Below the pieces are notes generated by a model. The model was not told the origin of the DNA, made no database searches, and was given only the letters and a program-made list of their open reading frames with translations. The translations under genes were made by a program, and so were the position numbers. A stretch of DNA of 64,000 nucleotides from Squalus acanthias (taxonomy: Eukaryota), in contig CM059430.1 in the NCBI GenBank assembly GCA_030390025.1, forward strand, positions 161,820,001 through 161,884,000, read 5' to 3'. Positions 50,941 through 64,000 of this stretch are shown one piece after another (the first letter of the stretch is position 1; each line of letters begins with the position of its first letter).

Positions 50941-53790
50941 GTCCCTTCAAACTACCGGTGTAAGATTTTAGTCTTTCACTAGCAATTATTTAGTGTACCT
51001 TTCTTAGTTAGTCACTGGGGCTGGGCCAACGTTGCAGTGGTTTAGTTTGACATTGCCAGTAATTTCCTCCTGATCTCCAGCTGTAACTTTTGTGGGAGAT
51101 CAGCAGGAACCCCAGAGAATTGATGTAAATGTCTGTTTACATTTTTCACACGTTACAGCAGGACATTGGGGAGTCACTGGGAATTCTACCCCAATAAAAA
51201 CCTATGGCTAGATACGCTTGGTATAGATGGACATCCTTCCAGTTCTCAAGGTGAAATTTTACTGGTTTTTCCCTCTTGTAATGGTTGGATAGTTTTTGAC
51301 TGGCTTTGTTCTCCTGTCCTTGAACAGCAGTTGCCCATTTTCTCCTGGGTAGAGCTAACCAATATATTTCCAACTAGTAACCTGGTCTAGTGGGCAAGCT
51401 AGTTGGCTATTCTGCCAAACCCACCAGAGAATGGACTTTGTCTATAGTCAATTCAGTGTTGATGCTATTGAATGGCATGTTTAAGGTGAAGTCATGCTGC
51501 AGTTATCTATGATTCAATGTGATACTGCAAGCTGTCGACTTGAATGTTACTTTTTCCATGAGACTATTATGATTCATTGCTTTTAAAATGTAGTTAATTT
51601 TAGACTCTCAAAAACCTGAAACTTGCTGAGACTGGTTTGGGGGGGGGGGGGGGGAAGCATTCCAATCATAAAAATTGGCTTTAAAATACTAGTAAAGGAT
51701 ACTTTTTTAGTTCTGCTATTTGTGCTAGGATCTATGTCTGTTGGTAGGAGTTGCATGAGTCAAAAGATGTGGCTTTGAGCCCTATACCAGTGCTTAATCA
51801 AGGCAGACACTCCAGTGCATTGTTGGGTGAGTAAACTGAGGTCCCATCTGTTCTGGTGGTTCATGTAGATGGTAAAAACCCTGTGACACAATTTGAAGAG
51901 CAGGAAGGTTTCCTGGTGTCCTGGCCAACATTCGTCCTTCTACCAATTTAACTGGCCATTCATCACCCGTTGCAGTTTGTGGGACATTGCTGGCAGTTTG
52001 GCTGCTGAGCTTGCTTACATTTTGTTGAATTTCAAAAATGTAATTATGTAAAGCACTGAGTCATTTGATGTGATGAGTATAGAATTCTAGAGTCAGTCTC
52101 TAACCCACTCTTCAAATTTGAACTGGAGATTGATTAAACTTGTGAATTGTGCCTCTGCCAGGCGCTCAGAGTAGAAGTGATGGCTTAGGGGCTAATTCAG
52201 TGAGTCAAGTGAATTGAATATTTAGGAGTTCTGAGTCCACCCAGTTTAAAATCACTTTGCCTTTAAAGATGTGAGCCTTGACTTTATATCCAGTCTAAAA
52301 GGGTGGTGAGTTCCTGACCTGTTATAAATGTCACAGTTAAACTTGACTCTACAGCTTGTTGCAAAGGATTGATTATTGGCATCTTCACATGACAAATACT
52401 GGGTCATTAATAGTTGCTAAAAATGTCACTCAATTCTCAAATGTATAGAAAGAGGCTTTATTTTCTGATCTTGGGGATTTCATAAGTCTAACTATAGCAA
52501 AATGTAACTACAGTACTGTGTGGTTAGCTTAGATTTTTTACACTTTAATTTCATCGATCCTGAACCACCTCCTAGGAAGCTAAAACTCCTAGTTAATTGA
52601 AATGTTCAGATTTCACATTCTTGTGGAGATTTATACAAATGAAACTCCTGTCGTGCACAGTAAGTCACACCTAAGGCCGACTCTAGCCTTCAAAAGGACT
52701 TGGTAGGAATGTGACCTATTTTTTGTTTTTTGATACTGAATTTTAAAATTCAATCATTCCCACATGTTGAGTACTAGGATACTGTCGTGTGGATGAAATT
52801 ACTGTGAAAGCAGTAGGAATAATAGTAATCCAAGTGTGCCATTGTACTGTGTAGGGCAGCAAGGTTTTAGTGGGGCTGTCATGATTGTACACCGCCTGAG
52901 GGAAGGAGCTGAATTGGATGATGGAGTGATGGCTGCCAGAGTCCTTTTCATGGTTGATTTTATTCTTTTGACATGAGGATGACTTTTATAAATGAAGGTT
53001 AAAAGTTAGTTTCTACAGCATAGAGAAGGCTGTTGGGGGAGAGCTTTCATTTGGAATATGTAAAATATTAAATGGCTTGGATATGGTAATTTTGTGAACT
53101 GCAAACATTGTTACTTTCTATTAAATTCTATAAATCTGCAAAACATTAAAATACGACAGGTCCACCTGTTGCAGGTTAATGGTTAAGGTCAATCCTATCT
53201 CTATGCTTGGGGATAAATTGGCCAGTTATTCCTACTCCTGACTTGCTGTCTGTTGAATTTTTGTTTTGTTTACCTCCCCCCACCCACCCAAACAATTGGG
53301 CTTGCTGACACTCTGTCTAGACCTTACTATTTTGTCCCTGTGTAGGGAACCCACTGCAACTATTAATACACTTTTTGGGAATTTCCTATCCTAACTTTCA
53401 AAAGACGATGTCCGCTACCTACACATCAGTGCAGAAATATGGCAATCATAGGATCTCAAGAACTACCGACATCTGGAAGTCATGTAGTTTGAAAATCCAG
53501 TCTAGCCTCTCATGTACAATGGCCACTTGGGTAGGTTATTTGAGGCCAGGAACTGTATCCCAGCAAGTCAGTGCCTTGGGAGAGAAGATGAAACACATAT
53601 TTTTATTCAGACCCATTTTGGAAGGTTGTTTCATCTGTGGTGTGTTGCGTCTAATTCCATGCTAGAATTAAATGTTTTTAGAATATAGAGCAATAAAATA
53701 TTGGCTTTATTGGGGTCTGCCAGTATGAAATGGACTGCTCGTGTCTAGTTTCTATTTTGAAAGTTGGTAACCTTGTTCCTTCAGATCTGA

Positions 53791-53904
<114 letters not shown>

Positions 53905-56706
53905 TGAACCGAACCATGTCAGCAACTTGGCCTCATCTGATCACCTAAACAGCTGATGACCTGTGCTGTGCCCTGGCTTTTCGCAGGAGTGCAGTCATGT
54001 TCTAAAAAAATAAATACAAAAGTGCTTTTCCAGCCAACACCAGTTTTAATGTACACTTCTTTCAGTATACTGACACAATGATCAGAACGGCGCAGTCCAG
54101 TGCTTCACAGCATTTTATTTTTCCTTCCTCTTCCCCCACCCCTCCTGCGTGCACCCCCCCCCCCCCCCCGTAATCATCTGCATAGCACTCATCAGAGGTT
54201 TTGATCCATTAAGCCCACAACACTTAATAGGGTGTACAATAGCATAAAATGGCTGCCACAGGCCTATGTTAAATTGATTCCACATATTTCCTTTTATTTA
54301 AGGCAATTTTTGTATTGCGTTTAGTCTTCCAAAGTTAACTATTTTAATAAAGTTTTACAGTGTCCCCCTATTTTGTAAACCGAAAAGCGTTTCTCCATGC
54401 AAAGTATTGTTTTGTTGCAAAATGGTATCCAAGTAGCCTCACTGCCTTAAATGTTTAGAGCAGACTTCTGAGTTTTGTCTTTGCTGTGGGAGCAGAGGTG
54501 AGGAGTATTCATATGTTGAGCCAGATTTGCATAAGAGACTGGAGCTATGCAAGCTTGCTTCATTTGGGAAATTCATTCTTTGGGCTGAATTGAACCCCAG
54601 GTCATAGTGACAGCACAATTTTAATTATTTGTTCCAACAAGTTTCATGCTTTAAAGAGCTTGCCATTTTAGATTTTAAAAAACTCATCAGAGGCCTCCAG
54701 GCACATTGGCAGCCTGTATGACATAAGATGTGTGGCTGTTGTCTAAGCTAGCAATGGGGTTTCTCTGCTGCCCTGTACTTTAGCCAAGGGCAGGATGTGA
54801 GAACTTCCTGCGCACTTATGACTGTTGAGCAGGGCAGCAGACTTGCTGATCCTTGATCTTGTATGAATAAGCTTACATCCTGTTCTATTACAGAAAGGCT
54901 CTTGCTGCTCAAATTGGCGCTTGCTTTATTTGTAGTAGGTAGTAAATGTTGCACAGGTTGCCCAGGGTAGCAGTGACGGTGGATAGTGTTAGCACATTTG
55001 AGAAGCAACTGGATAGATATTGGAGAAATGTTTTGATTATGGAGTGAGAGAGATGGTGTGATGTAGCATTTAATATCACTCCCTTAATCTTTGTAACAAG
55101 CCTCTTATGTAGAAACTTATCAAACTCCTTCCAACATTCACAACACTCCCTTTTAAACACTTTGATTTTCCTCAAATTTAAACATGACTGCATGCTGATT
55201 GTCCCTGATTAGCCTTCCTTTCCTCTTGTCTTTCACTATTCTCTAGTACATACCATAGTTTTTTTCTATTTTACTTTTAGTGCTGTTTCCTTTTTAAATA
55301 TTTATCTCCAGTAGTGGCTCTTCTACATTTTCTTCTGGTGCTCCTACAGGACCACATTCACCTCTACTTAAAAACTTAGCTGAAATTGTTAAGATATCTG
55401 TTGTCCCTCACTCAAGTACAAGATGGCCTTTGGCCCCACCCCCTTCTCAACCTCACTGTTTACTTATCTATTGTATATTAAATCTGGTACATGGGGTGTG
55501 CATTTCATTGAAAACTCATGTACTTGCCTGCTATTTTAGTGAGGATATAATTGCCTTGTGATTAGACAGTCTGCCACCTGGTTCCCAAAAATCTCACTTT
55601 TTCTCTGCCATTTTTTCCTGTCATGGAAATTTCTAATGTACCAAAAGAGCTTAAAGAAAATCACTTGTTTCACAGCAGTGTGCCTAATTTCACAGGATGC
55701 ATCTGTCCATCACTTCTGTTACAGTAGTGTTGACTGCTCCAAAATGCACCTTTAGCAATTTTGCCATTGCTGGCTAGTTATTAATAGGTGGTGGTTATTG
55801 AAATTGGATAATCCCATGCTGTATGCTCTTAGTCATAACAAGGTAAAGGGTACTGTCTGTAATGACAGCTGATCTCTGAAGAGCCGCATTAGTGGCTAGC
55901 TTAGCATCTCTTGATTGTGTAGTTGGTGAAGATCCAGCCCATTATACCACTGAACCCCATAGAACAAAGTTGCAAGTTCAATTCAAGTCTCTGCTGAGTT
56001 AGCTGCTCTTAACCAGGGTAGTATAGCAATTGGACAACTATAACTGGCCTCACTCTCTGGTTTAGAGATTAGATATTTATACAATGCCCATTTGAACCAT
56101 GTCAACTAAGAGGGAACATTTTGGTAGTGGGGGCAACTTGGAGGGTCCTCAAGGATTGATTTAAGAGCGTCATGTAAACTTAGTGCACAGCATTAAACTG
56201 TATTTTATCAAATCTATGGCATTGGCAGCTATACACTAAGCCTAGTAACAACACCAAAATCTACTTGTTGGAGATGCTTGTGCCAATTTATATGCTGATC
56301 AGTTATCAAACTGGCAGCAAAACTTATGACCTGAATCTCCACTGTATGCTGGTTGACTTGTATTAGAATTTTACACAAGCCTGGGCATGCTATGTTTAAC
56401 ATAGTTGGCAAGTGTTCATAGTTTTTAAACCAGTGCTGCCATCAGCATGAAAAGGACAGCTTTGCTACATTGTTACCTGGGTGTTGAATTGTTGAAGTTG
56501 GATAAAGTTGCCAGGTCTCCAGATCAACGCACAAGTGATGTGTACATAACTGAGGATATTTGGGGCATTGCAAAATGCTTGAGTAAATGTATCTAACTTT
56601 ACATCTCCTGTCTAGCTGACTGTTAACCAAGAAGTACCTCTTGCACAGCAGCCAACCATTTCCTGCCGCCTTGCTCAGGAGTGTCCTGCAAGCTCAAAAG
56701 ATCTGT

Positions 56707-56720
56707 GGCCATATATGGCC
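56707..56720. promoter_or_regulatory. CArG box in a 14-bp perfect palindrome
   Basis: GGCCATATATGGCC; CC(A/T)6GG at 56709-56718, with an ETS-like atttcctg about 50 bp upstream. Motif-only evidence. Confidence 0.35.
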
Positions 56721-58789
56721 TTGTACTTGTTGACTACCTCAGCCAAGAATATTAGTAATGTACTGCCAAAGTGACCACAGACATTCCAGTCTCTTGTGTT
56801 ATGTCTGAATGAGATGATGGGCTTGTGTAGATAATTAGATTGCTGTGGAACAGTATGAATGAATGACTGACTTGAGAGCATTCAAAGCACAGCTCATTAA
56901 CCCCTTCCCAAGCCTATTGTAAAAAGGGCAGGCTCTTGGATCAATACTAAGTACTGGTTACTTTTTAGCTTTCTGTAGTTTGTTCAATTATTCACACTGC
57001 TACATTTCCACAAGTACCTGTAGCCCTCTGCTGCCTTTCTTCATGTGAGTCTAGCCAGTGAATGTGGGTAGACTGTTCAACTATTCAACTATCAGTGGTG
57101 CAGAGGTGGGGAAAGCATAATGTCTGAGATCAGCTGACTGATGTAAAATGTGACTGCAACATTCAAGAAGACTCTTTATTAATGACCAACTTCATTTTGC
57201 TGAATTTTAGGGATGAGTATTTAAATTATTTGATATTTGAATCTAGGTGAGTGGAATCTGAAGTCCAAAAATCATATTAGATAAAAATAAATCAATGTGA
57301 ACAGTGAGCATTTCCTTTTAGGCTGATGAGAAATTGCAACACATTTGCTTTTTACTTTCCTTGTCCTGCCCTCTTCCCCTCCCCTCATTCAATTGGCCTC
57401 TAATATTACAAGTGCAAACCTATTGAGATTTAAAAAAAAACCTTTTGTTAAGCTATCTACTATTCACTGTCAGCCTTGTGTTGGAGGAAGAGGAAAAGGA
57501 GGCTTCCAAAAGCTCATGGTTGTGCCTATGCAGCAGTCCATTGAGTCTCTAGACTGCTCAGTGATGAATAGATGGTTAGTAAGCAGAAAAGTGGGCAAAT
57601 AGACCAATCAGACATCAAAACAAAGCTCCTTATGGTCGCAGCCACTGATGCTCCATGATTCTTCTGACTGGGCCAGTAACGCAGACTGCACCGAAATAGA
57701 CCAGGAGATTCTGTCGCCAGATCATGAACAGGTTCAGGTTCCTGTTTACCATCTTGCTCCAAGTTAGACCTGCTAGCCACTCTAATTACTGAAGAGAACA
57801 AATCCGAATAGGCCTCATTCAGTACCTGCCCAAAGGAGTCTATGACCCAGGAAGAGATTGATCAGAAAAGAATGCACATGAAATTGCATGGGTTAGGTGG
57901 GCCCATCAACAAAAACGTAAGGCCTATTGCCTTAAAGCAACCGACCAACATCCACAAAATCTAATGAAGGCATGAATACCTGCAGTGATGTCACTTTCGT
58001 CAAGTGTATTTATAGCTTGAACAATTGTTTCGAAGGTTAGAGAGATATGGGAGTTGGATTAAAATTGAAGTCCTTTGCTGTTGCTGACATCCATTTAACC
58101 CTAATAATTAATTTTAGAGCTGACCATAAGCAACTGGAAATGCTAGGTAAAGACAGAACCAAAACATTGAATATGAAGCACAAGTTGAACAGTGCATTTT
58201 GAAATTCAAATTCAGTTTAGCCGTGCTTTTTCTTGGAATTTTTTTTTTTTTTAAAGAAATGGCTTTTTGTAAATAGGTCTACTGTGAACCATTTTTTCTT
58301 CTAATCTGATTTCCAAGGAAGCATAATTATGAAAATAAAATTAGTGAAAGTGTTGTAGCTTTACATTTTTAGTTGAGCTTGTGAACGGTGTACCCAATAC
58401 AAACTGGTGCTGATGCTGTAATGGTGTCTCTTTTTCTGGCACTGCTCTTGCTTAGCAATTATTTCCACTAAATATTTCAGAATTTTTATCCCTTTTTTTC
58501 ATCTTGAACATCAGTAATTTATTCCCCTAAAATTTCCCCCCCCTCTCTCCTGCAATCAGAAATATAAAGTGAAGAACTGGTACATAACTTTGATTTGTAC
58601 AACACTGGCAAGAGCATTGGTGACACATCGAGCGTACAGCACAAACAGACCATTCGGCCCAATTGGTTTATGCTCTACAAATGCTCCACACAAGCCTCCT
58701 CCCATCCTACTTCATCTAACCCTATCAGCATATCCTTCTATACCTTTCTCCCTCGTGCTTATCTCGCATCCCCTTAAATTACATTGCAT

Positions 58790-61095
58790 GGGTTCAAAGG
58801 CACAGAATTCGGCCCAACCAGTCTATGCCGGCATTTATGCTCCACTCGAGCCTCCTCCCATTTTTCCTCATCCAATTCTATCAACATAACCCTCTTCCCT
58901 TCTCCCTCATATGCTTGTCCAGCCTCCTGTTAAATGCATCTATACTATTTGCTTCAACCACTCCCTGTGGTAGTGAGTTCCACATTCTCATCACTCTGGG
59001 TAAAGAAGTTTCTTCTGAATTCCCTATTGGATTTCTTGGTGACTATCTTATATTGATGGCCTCTAGTTATGCTCTTCCCCACAAGGGGAAACATTCTCTC
59101 TGTATCCACTCTATCAAAACCTTTCATCATTTTAAAGACCTCTATAAGGTCACCCCTCAGCCTTTTTTCAAGAGAAGAGACCCAGCCTGTTCCTCCTTTC
59201 CTGATATGTATACCCTCGCATTTCTGGTATCATCCTTGTAAATCTTCTCTGCATCCTCTCCAGTACCTCTATATCCTTTTTATAATATGGCAACCAGAAT
59301 TGTACAACAGTACTCCAAGTGTGGTCTAACCAAGGTTCGATACAGGTTTAGCATAACTTCCCTACTTTTCAATTCTATCTCTCTAGAAATGAACCCTAGT
59401 GCTTGGTTTGCGGTTTTTTTTATGGCCTTATTAACTTGCATCGCAACTTTTAGTGATTTGTGTGTTTGTATTCCGAGATCCCTTTGTTCCTCTACCCCAC
59501 CTAGACTCACACCCTCCAAGTGATAAGTGACCTCCCTATTCTTCCTACCAAAATGTAATACCTCACATTTCACTGTTGAACTTCATTTGCCAATTATATG
59601 CCCATTCTGCAAGTTTATTAATGTCCTGTAATTTGTCTCAATCCTCCTCAGTATTGACTCGCCTTCTCTCCCCCGCCCCCCCCCCCCCCCAGAATTTTTT
59701 TTTTTTGGTGATATCTGCACATTTAGAAATTGTTTTTTGATTCCAAAGTCTGAATTGTGAACAGTAGTGGTCCCAGCACTGATCCTTGTGGAACGCCACT
59801 ACCCACCTTCTGCCACTGAATAGCTACCCTTTACTCCCACTCTCTGCTTTCTGTCTTGAAGCCAGCTAGCAAGCCATTCTGCTACTTGTCCCTTGACTCC
59901 ACATTCTCTGACATTCATTTAGTCTATTGTGGGAACCTTATCGAAGGCCTTTTGAAAATCTAGATAAATTACATCTACTGCATTACCATTGTCTACTCTG
60001 TTACCTCTTCAAAAAATTCAATAAGGTTGGTCAAGCAAGACTTTCCCTTTTGCAATCCATGCTGATTATTCATTATTATTCTTTTCATTTCTAGATGTTC
60101 TTCTATTCGCACCTTTAGTAGGGATTCCATTATTTTTCCTACCATCGATGTTAAGCTGACTGGTCTATAATTCCCTGGACATGTTCTATCCCCCTTTAAA
60201 TATAGGTGTTACGTTAGCTATCCACCAGTCCTCTGGCATTACACCTTTTTCTAATGTATTGAATATGTGTAGTAATGCCTCTTATCTCTTCCCTAAATTC
60301 TTTTAAAATGCAGGGGTTTTATTCTCTGACTTTGATTAGTTATTTAATATATCTTTTTTTAATTTTTAAATGCACTTATCTCATTACTCATCTCATCATC
60401 CAAAGTCATGTCCACCTGTTCTATCTCCCTGGTAAATACTGAAGCAAAATAATTTAATATTTCTGCCATCACTCTCATTACCTGTGGTATTATCCTGTCT
60501 ATCCCCTAATGGCCCTATTCCCATCCCAACCTTTTTCACTGTGCCTGTAAAATATTTTACTACTTTGTTTTATGATCCTTGATGATTTAATTTCATAGTT
60601 CCTCTTTGCCTTCCTAATTTGTTTTTGACTTCTCTCCTAATCCCTTCGTATTCTCTCATTGTGCACTCTTCTGCTGTCTCTGTACTTTAATGTATGTCTC
60701 TTTCCTTACACTCAGTTGTTTTCTTATGTCTTTATTCATCCATGGAGTGTCTTTATTCATCCATGGAGTTTCATTAGTGTTTAGTGTGTTCATTTCTTTT
60801 AGCGGAATATATTTTTCCTGCACTCTGAACACCATTTTAAATGTTTCCCATTGCTGTTTGCCAATATTGTCCATTTTATTTTCCCAAGTTCTATTCTCAA
60901 CGCCTCAATCAGCTTTTCTCCAATCTATTAACCTGGTTTTTGTCATACTTCTGTCCTCCTTCTTTATCATAAAGCGTATAATATTATTGTCACTATTGCC
61001 TATATGTTCCCCTACTTTTACTTTTTTATCTGCTCTGGCTCATTCCCCATAACTAGATCCAATAGCAAATCCTCCCTTGTTGGGCTTTTTACATA
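58790..61095 (-). mobile_element. Decayed CR1 (3' end through endonuclease-proximal region)
   Basis: Encodes KCEVLHFGRKN, LVRPHLEYC, GVPQGSVLGP, YLDFQKAFDKVPH and PTREDLLLDLV. An additional CR1 3' fragment lies at ~58640-58780. Confidence 0.85.
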
Positions 61096-61099
61096 TTAG

Positions 61100-62585
61100 A
61101 TTAGAATGCATCTATGCTATTTGTCTCAACAACTCCTTGTGGTAGTGCGTTCCACATTCTTGCCATTCTTTTGGTGAAGTTTCTCCTGAATTCCCTATTG
61201 GATTTATTGGTGTTTATCTTATATTTGACCCCCCCCCCCCCAATAAGTGGAAACATTTTATCTACAGCTACCCTATCAAACTATTTCATCGGCCCAGATT
61301 TTGCAGTCAGCGGCAAAGGAATGGCGCTTGACGTTCGTTACACTTCGAGCTGCCCACATGCTTTTCGTGAGCTTTTGCGTGGCAACTTATGATTCCTGGA
61401 GATCACTTTCATTGGTGTCCTCTACAGGGTATCTGTAGTGGGCAAGCATCAATGTGTCTCTTCAACCAGTCAGATCGAAGAATCCTCACTGACTGACGGT
61501 CTAAACCAGGAAGTATAAATTAGAATGTTTAATTCATTGTAAAATCAACTACAGAAAGCAAAATAAAGAGAAGGAAAGAAAGATGGGATTAAGAGATGAG
61601 TCAAAGTTTAAAAAAATTATTTAAACTCTAAATTCTGAAGGAATGAGATTCCACACTTGTAAAATTCAATTTTCTGGGCCAGAGAGATTGTTTGACAGTA
61701 ATTAAGACTTATCACACTGTTTAAAAATTCACTTACACCTGAATACACCAACCCTAACCTTTTCTGGCAGATTTCGTGGGTAACTAGTGGGCAAGTACAG
61801 CAACTTCACTCCCTTACATGGATTTCAATACCGAGTCTTTCAGCAAGGTACTGGTGTAGTGAAGCTTGTGGAGGAGCAGGGCAAATTGGACTGCAACTTC
61901 CTGATTTCCGCATTTAACTGCGCATGTGTGGACTGGAAGTTGCTGTCCGATTTACTTCATAATAATGGAGCGCTGATCGACTCATCGTTATTTATATTGC
62001 AAAATCTGGACATTATCTTAAAGACCGCCTATCTGGTCACCCCTCAGCCTTCTCTTTGTCGAGCAGCGCCACCAGCCTGTTCAACCTTTCTGGATAAGTA
62101 TATCCCCTCAGATCTGATATCATCCATGAAAATCTTTTTTGCACCCCCTCCAGTGCCTCTACATCCTTTTTTATAATATGGAGACCAGAAATGTTCGTAG
62201 TACTCCAAATGTGGTCTAATCAAGGTTCTATACAAGTTTAACATGGTTTCCCTACTTTTCAGTTCTATCCCTCGAGAAATGAACCCCAGTGCATGGTTTG
62301 CTTTTTTTATGGCCTTATTAACCTGCATTGCTACTTTGTGATTTTGTGTATCTGTACCCCTAGATCTCTGCTCCTCTACCCCATTCAGACTCTTATTATC
62401 CAAGTAGTATGTGGCCTCCTCCTTATTCTTCCCAAAATGGACCACCTCACATTTATCTATATTTAAATCCATTTGCCAATTTCGCACCCATTCTACAAGC
62501 TTATTAATGTCTTCCTGTATTTTGTCACATTCTTCCTTTGTATTAACTACGCCTCCCAATTTGGCGTCGTCTGGAAAATTTTGAA
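61100..62585 (-). mobile_element. Truncated CR1 interrupted by a DNA element
   Basis: The 3' part (61100-61290) resumes at 62012. ORF 62044-62841 contains FPDDAKLGG...LIRPHLEY. Confidence 0.85.
61291..62011. mobile_element. Non-autonomous PIF/Harbinger-like DNA element inserted into CR1
   Basis: TIRs GGCCCAGATTTTGCA and TGCAAAATCTGGAC, with a degenerate 3-bp duplication ATC/ATT. The host CR1 is continuous across it (compare 59111-59160). Confidence 0.75.
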
Positions 62586-64000
62586 ATGCACAATTGGATA
62601 ACGTGATAGTTACTAAGATCTCAGTAAAATGTAATGGGTGTACACTGCTCATGATTGAACAGTGAATCTTTGAACAATTGAACAGTGGAAAAGCCCACAG
62701 ATTTTCACCCTCCCAAGTCTTTTGGGCTGCATCTACAGTGTTTTCTAAGCTGTATAACACATGGGTAAAATTCTTGTGATTTATAGCTGTGACTGAGTGG
62801 GAACAATTGGAGATGATGAAATGCGCCATATGACCCAGCAAGCATAAAGTGCAACAAATTAGCTTTTTTATTATGCTAGCAATGCACTAAAGTTCAGTGT
62901 ACTGATGCAGGACATTTTCTGAGTAGTTTAGACTTCTTTTCCTAACACCAATTTATTGAGTTCAACTAAATTTTTTTTTTGCGGTACTTCTATTTGTAGG
63001 TGGTGTTGAGTATGCTCCTTGCAATTCTTTTACAGCATCCAAACAGAAAATTGGTAATTTAGATGAAATAAAGAATTTGGTTAACTGTCTGATTTTTTTT
63101 TTTCATTTAATTGAACATGAAATTTACTAAGAGCTGTGTTCCAGCAATATTGCAAGACCGGTCGTTGGCACTGGTGTAAATCAACACGGAGAGCTTCTGT
63201 AGGCACTAAGTAAATGAACACCTGCTGGAAGCAAGTTACCATGTTTGGGTTAATTGTGGATTAAAGTTGGATGCTAACCATATTCTCATCGCATTAGATG
63301 ACTGGAAATATTACAGTCATACACTTTTCACGCAGGCTGAACTACTGTTCTGGATTATTTACAAATTAAGCAGAAGGACGCTTGCAAGATACTAAATTGC
63401 ATAATTATCAAATTTGTGCTTCATACAAACTGGGTTGAATTTTTAAAGCTTTTTGCAATTCTTCCAGCTTCCCTTGGCGAACACTTGTACATGTTTATGA
63501 TTCTGGTTCGTGTACTAGCTTGTGAATTAAAAAAAAAACTGGTGTGGCTTCATGGCCTGACATTTCACGTAGATTGGATCTGGTTGATGCGATACTGTAT
63601 AGAAGAGCAGATCTGTGTTTTGGTTTGTTCATCAATGCCTCTTTAGAATAACATTTTTATTTGCAAATAAAATTTTATTCTTTGTGATGGTTTAAATCAA
63701 ATGGTATTTGAAATGGTTGTTGTGCATCTGTACATTACTCTTGGTGGCTCTAGTGAGCTGTTCTTTGAAGTTTTTCAGGTTAAGTTGGACAGTTTTCTCT
63801 GCAATAACTTTGTCCAATGCTGTGGTTTCAGGTTCTTCTACTTTAACCTTTTTGTTAGACATCTGGGGAATGGAATATCCTCCATGGGCACAACTCTGAA
63901 GTTAGACCCAAAAATGCACCTATTCCCTCGCCCATTCTAATTCTGTCTGTCAATTTACGCTCAAATGAACTTCATTTTAGAATATGTTTGTAATGTTAAA

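Noticed and set aside
57526-57960. Mixed-composition stretch with a 91-aa minus-strand ORF
   Set aside because: No recognisable domain, splice pattern or repeat boundaries.
63000-63053. AG|GTGGTG...TTG|GTAATT 54-nt exon-like segment starting V-V, as ERM exon 3 does
   Set aside because: It translates VVLSMLLAILLQHPNRKL, not VVKTIGLREVWFFG, and the length is wrong; the true next exon is probably beyond the window.

Overview
Vertebrate genomic DNA, most likely from a cartilaginous fish (shark); this is inferred from HE1/V-SINE-like and SacSINE1/DeuSINE-like repeats and the CR1/L2/Penelope families. One host gene is recognisable: the 5' end of an ERM-family gene on the + strand, most likely moesin (MSN). 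It has a CpG-rich promoter (~14.6-15.5 kb), a 12-nt first coding segment MPKT (15018-15029), a 38,785-nt intron and an 84-nt exon [28 protein letters not shown] (53815-53898); the next exon was not found in the window. Almost all long ORFs come from non-LTR retrotransposons: three near-full-length but disrupted CR1 elements, many truncated and nested CR1 and L2 copies, a Tx1/L1-like 3' fragment, and a Penelope element with a minimal hammerhead-ribozyme motif. Several non-autonomous DNA elements are present (three PIF/Harbinger-like, one CpG-rich TA-flanked pogo/Tigger-like MITE), plus three SINE families. No clearly new multi-gene system is visible. The best leads are an unexplained SPARC-like EF-hand coding remnant in intron 1, the hammerhead-bearing Penelope pieces, the MITEs, and CArG/ATF/ETS clusters in the gene's introns. 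Repeat family names come from recall, not from database searches.
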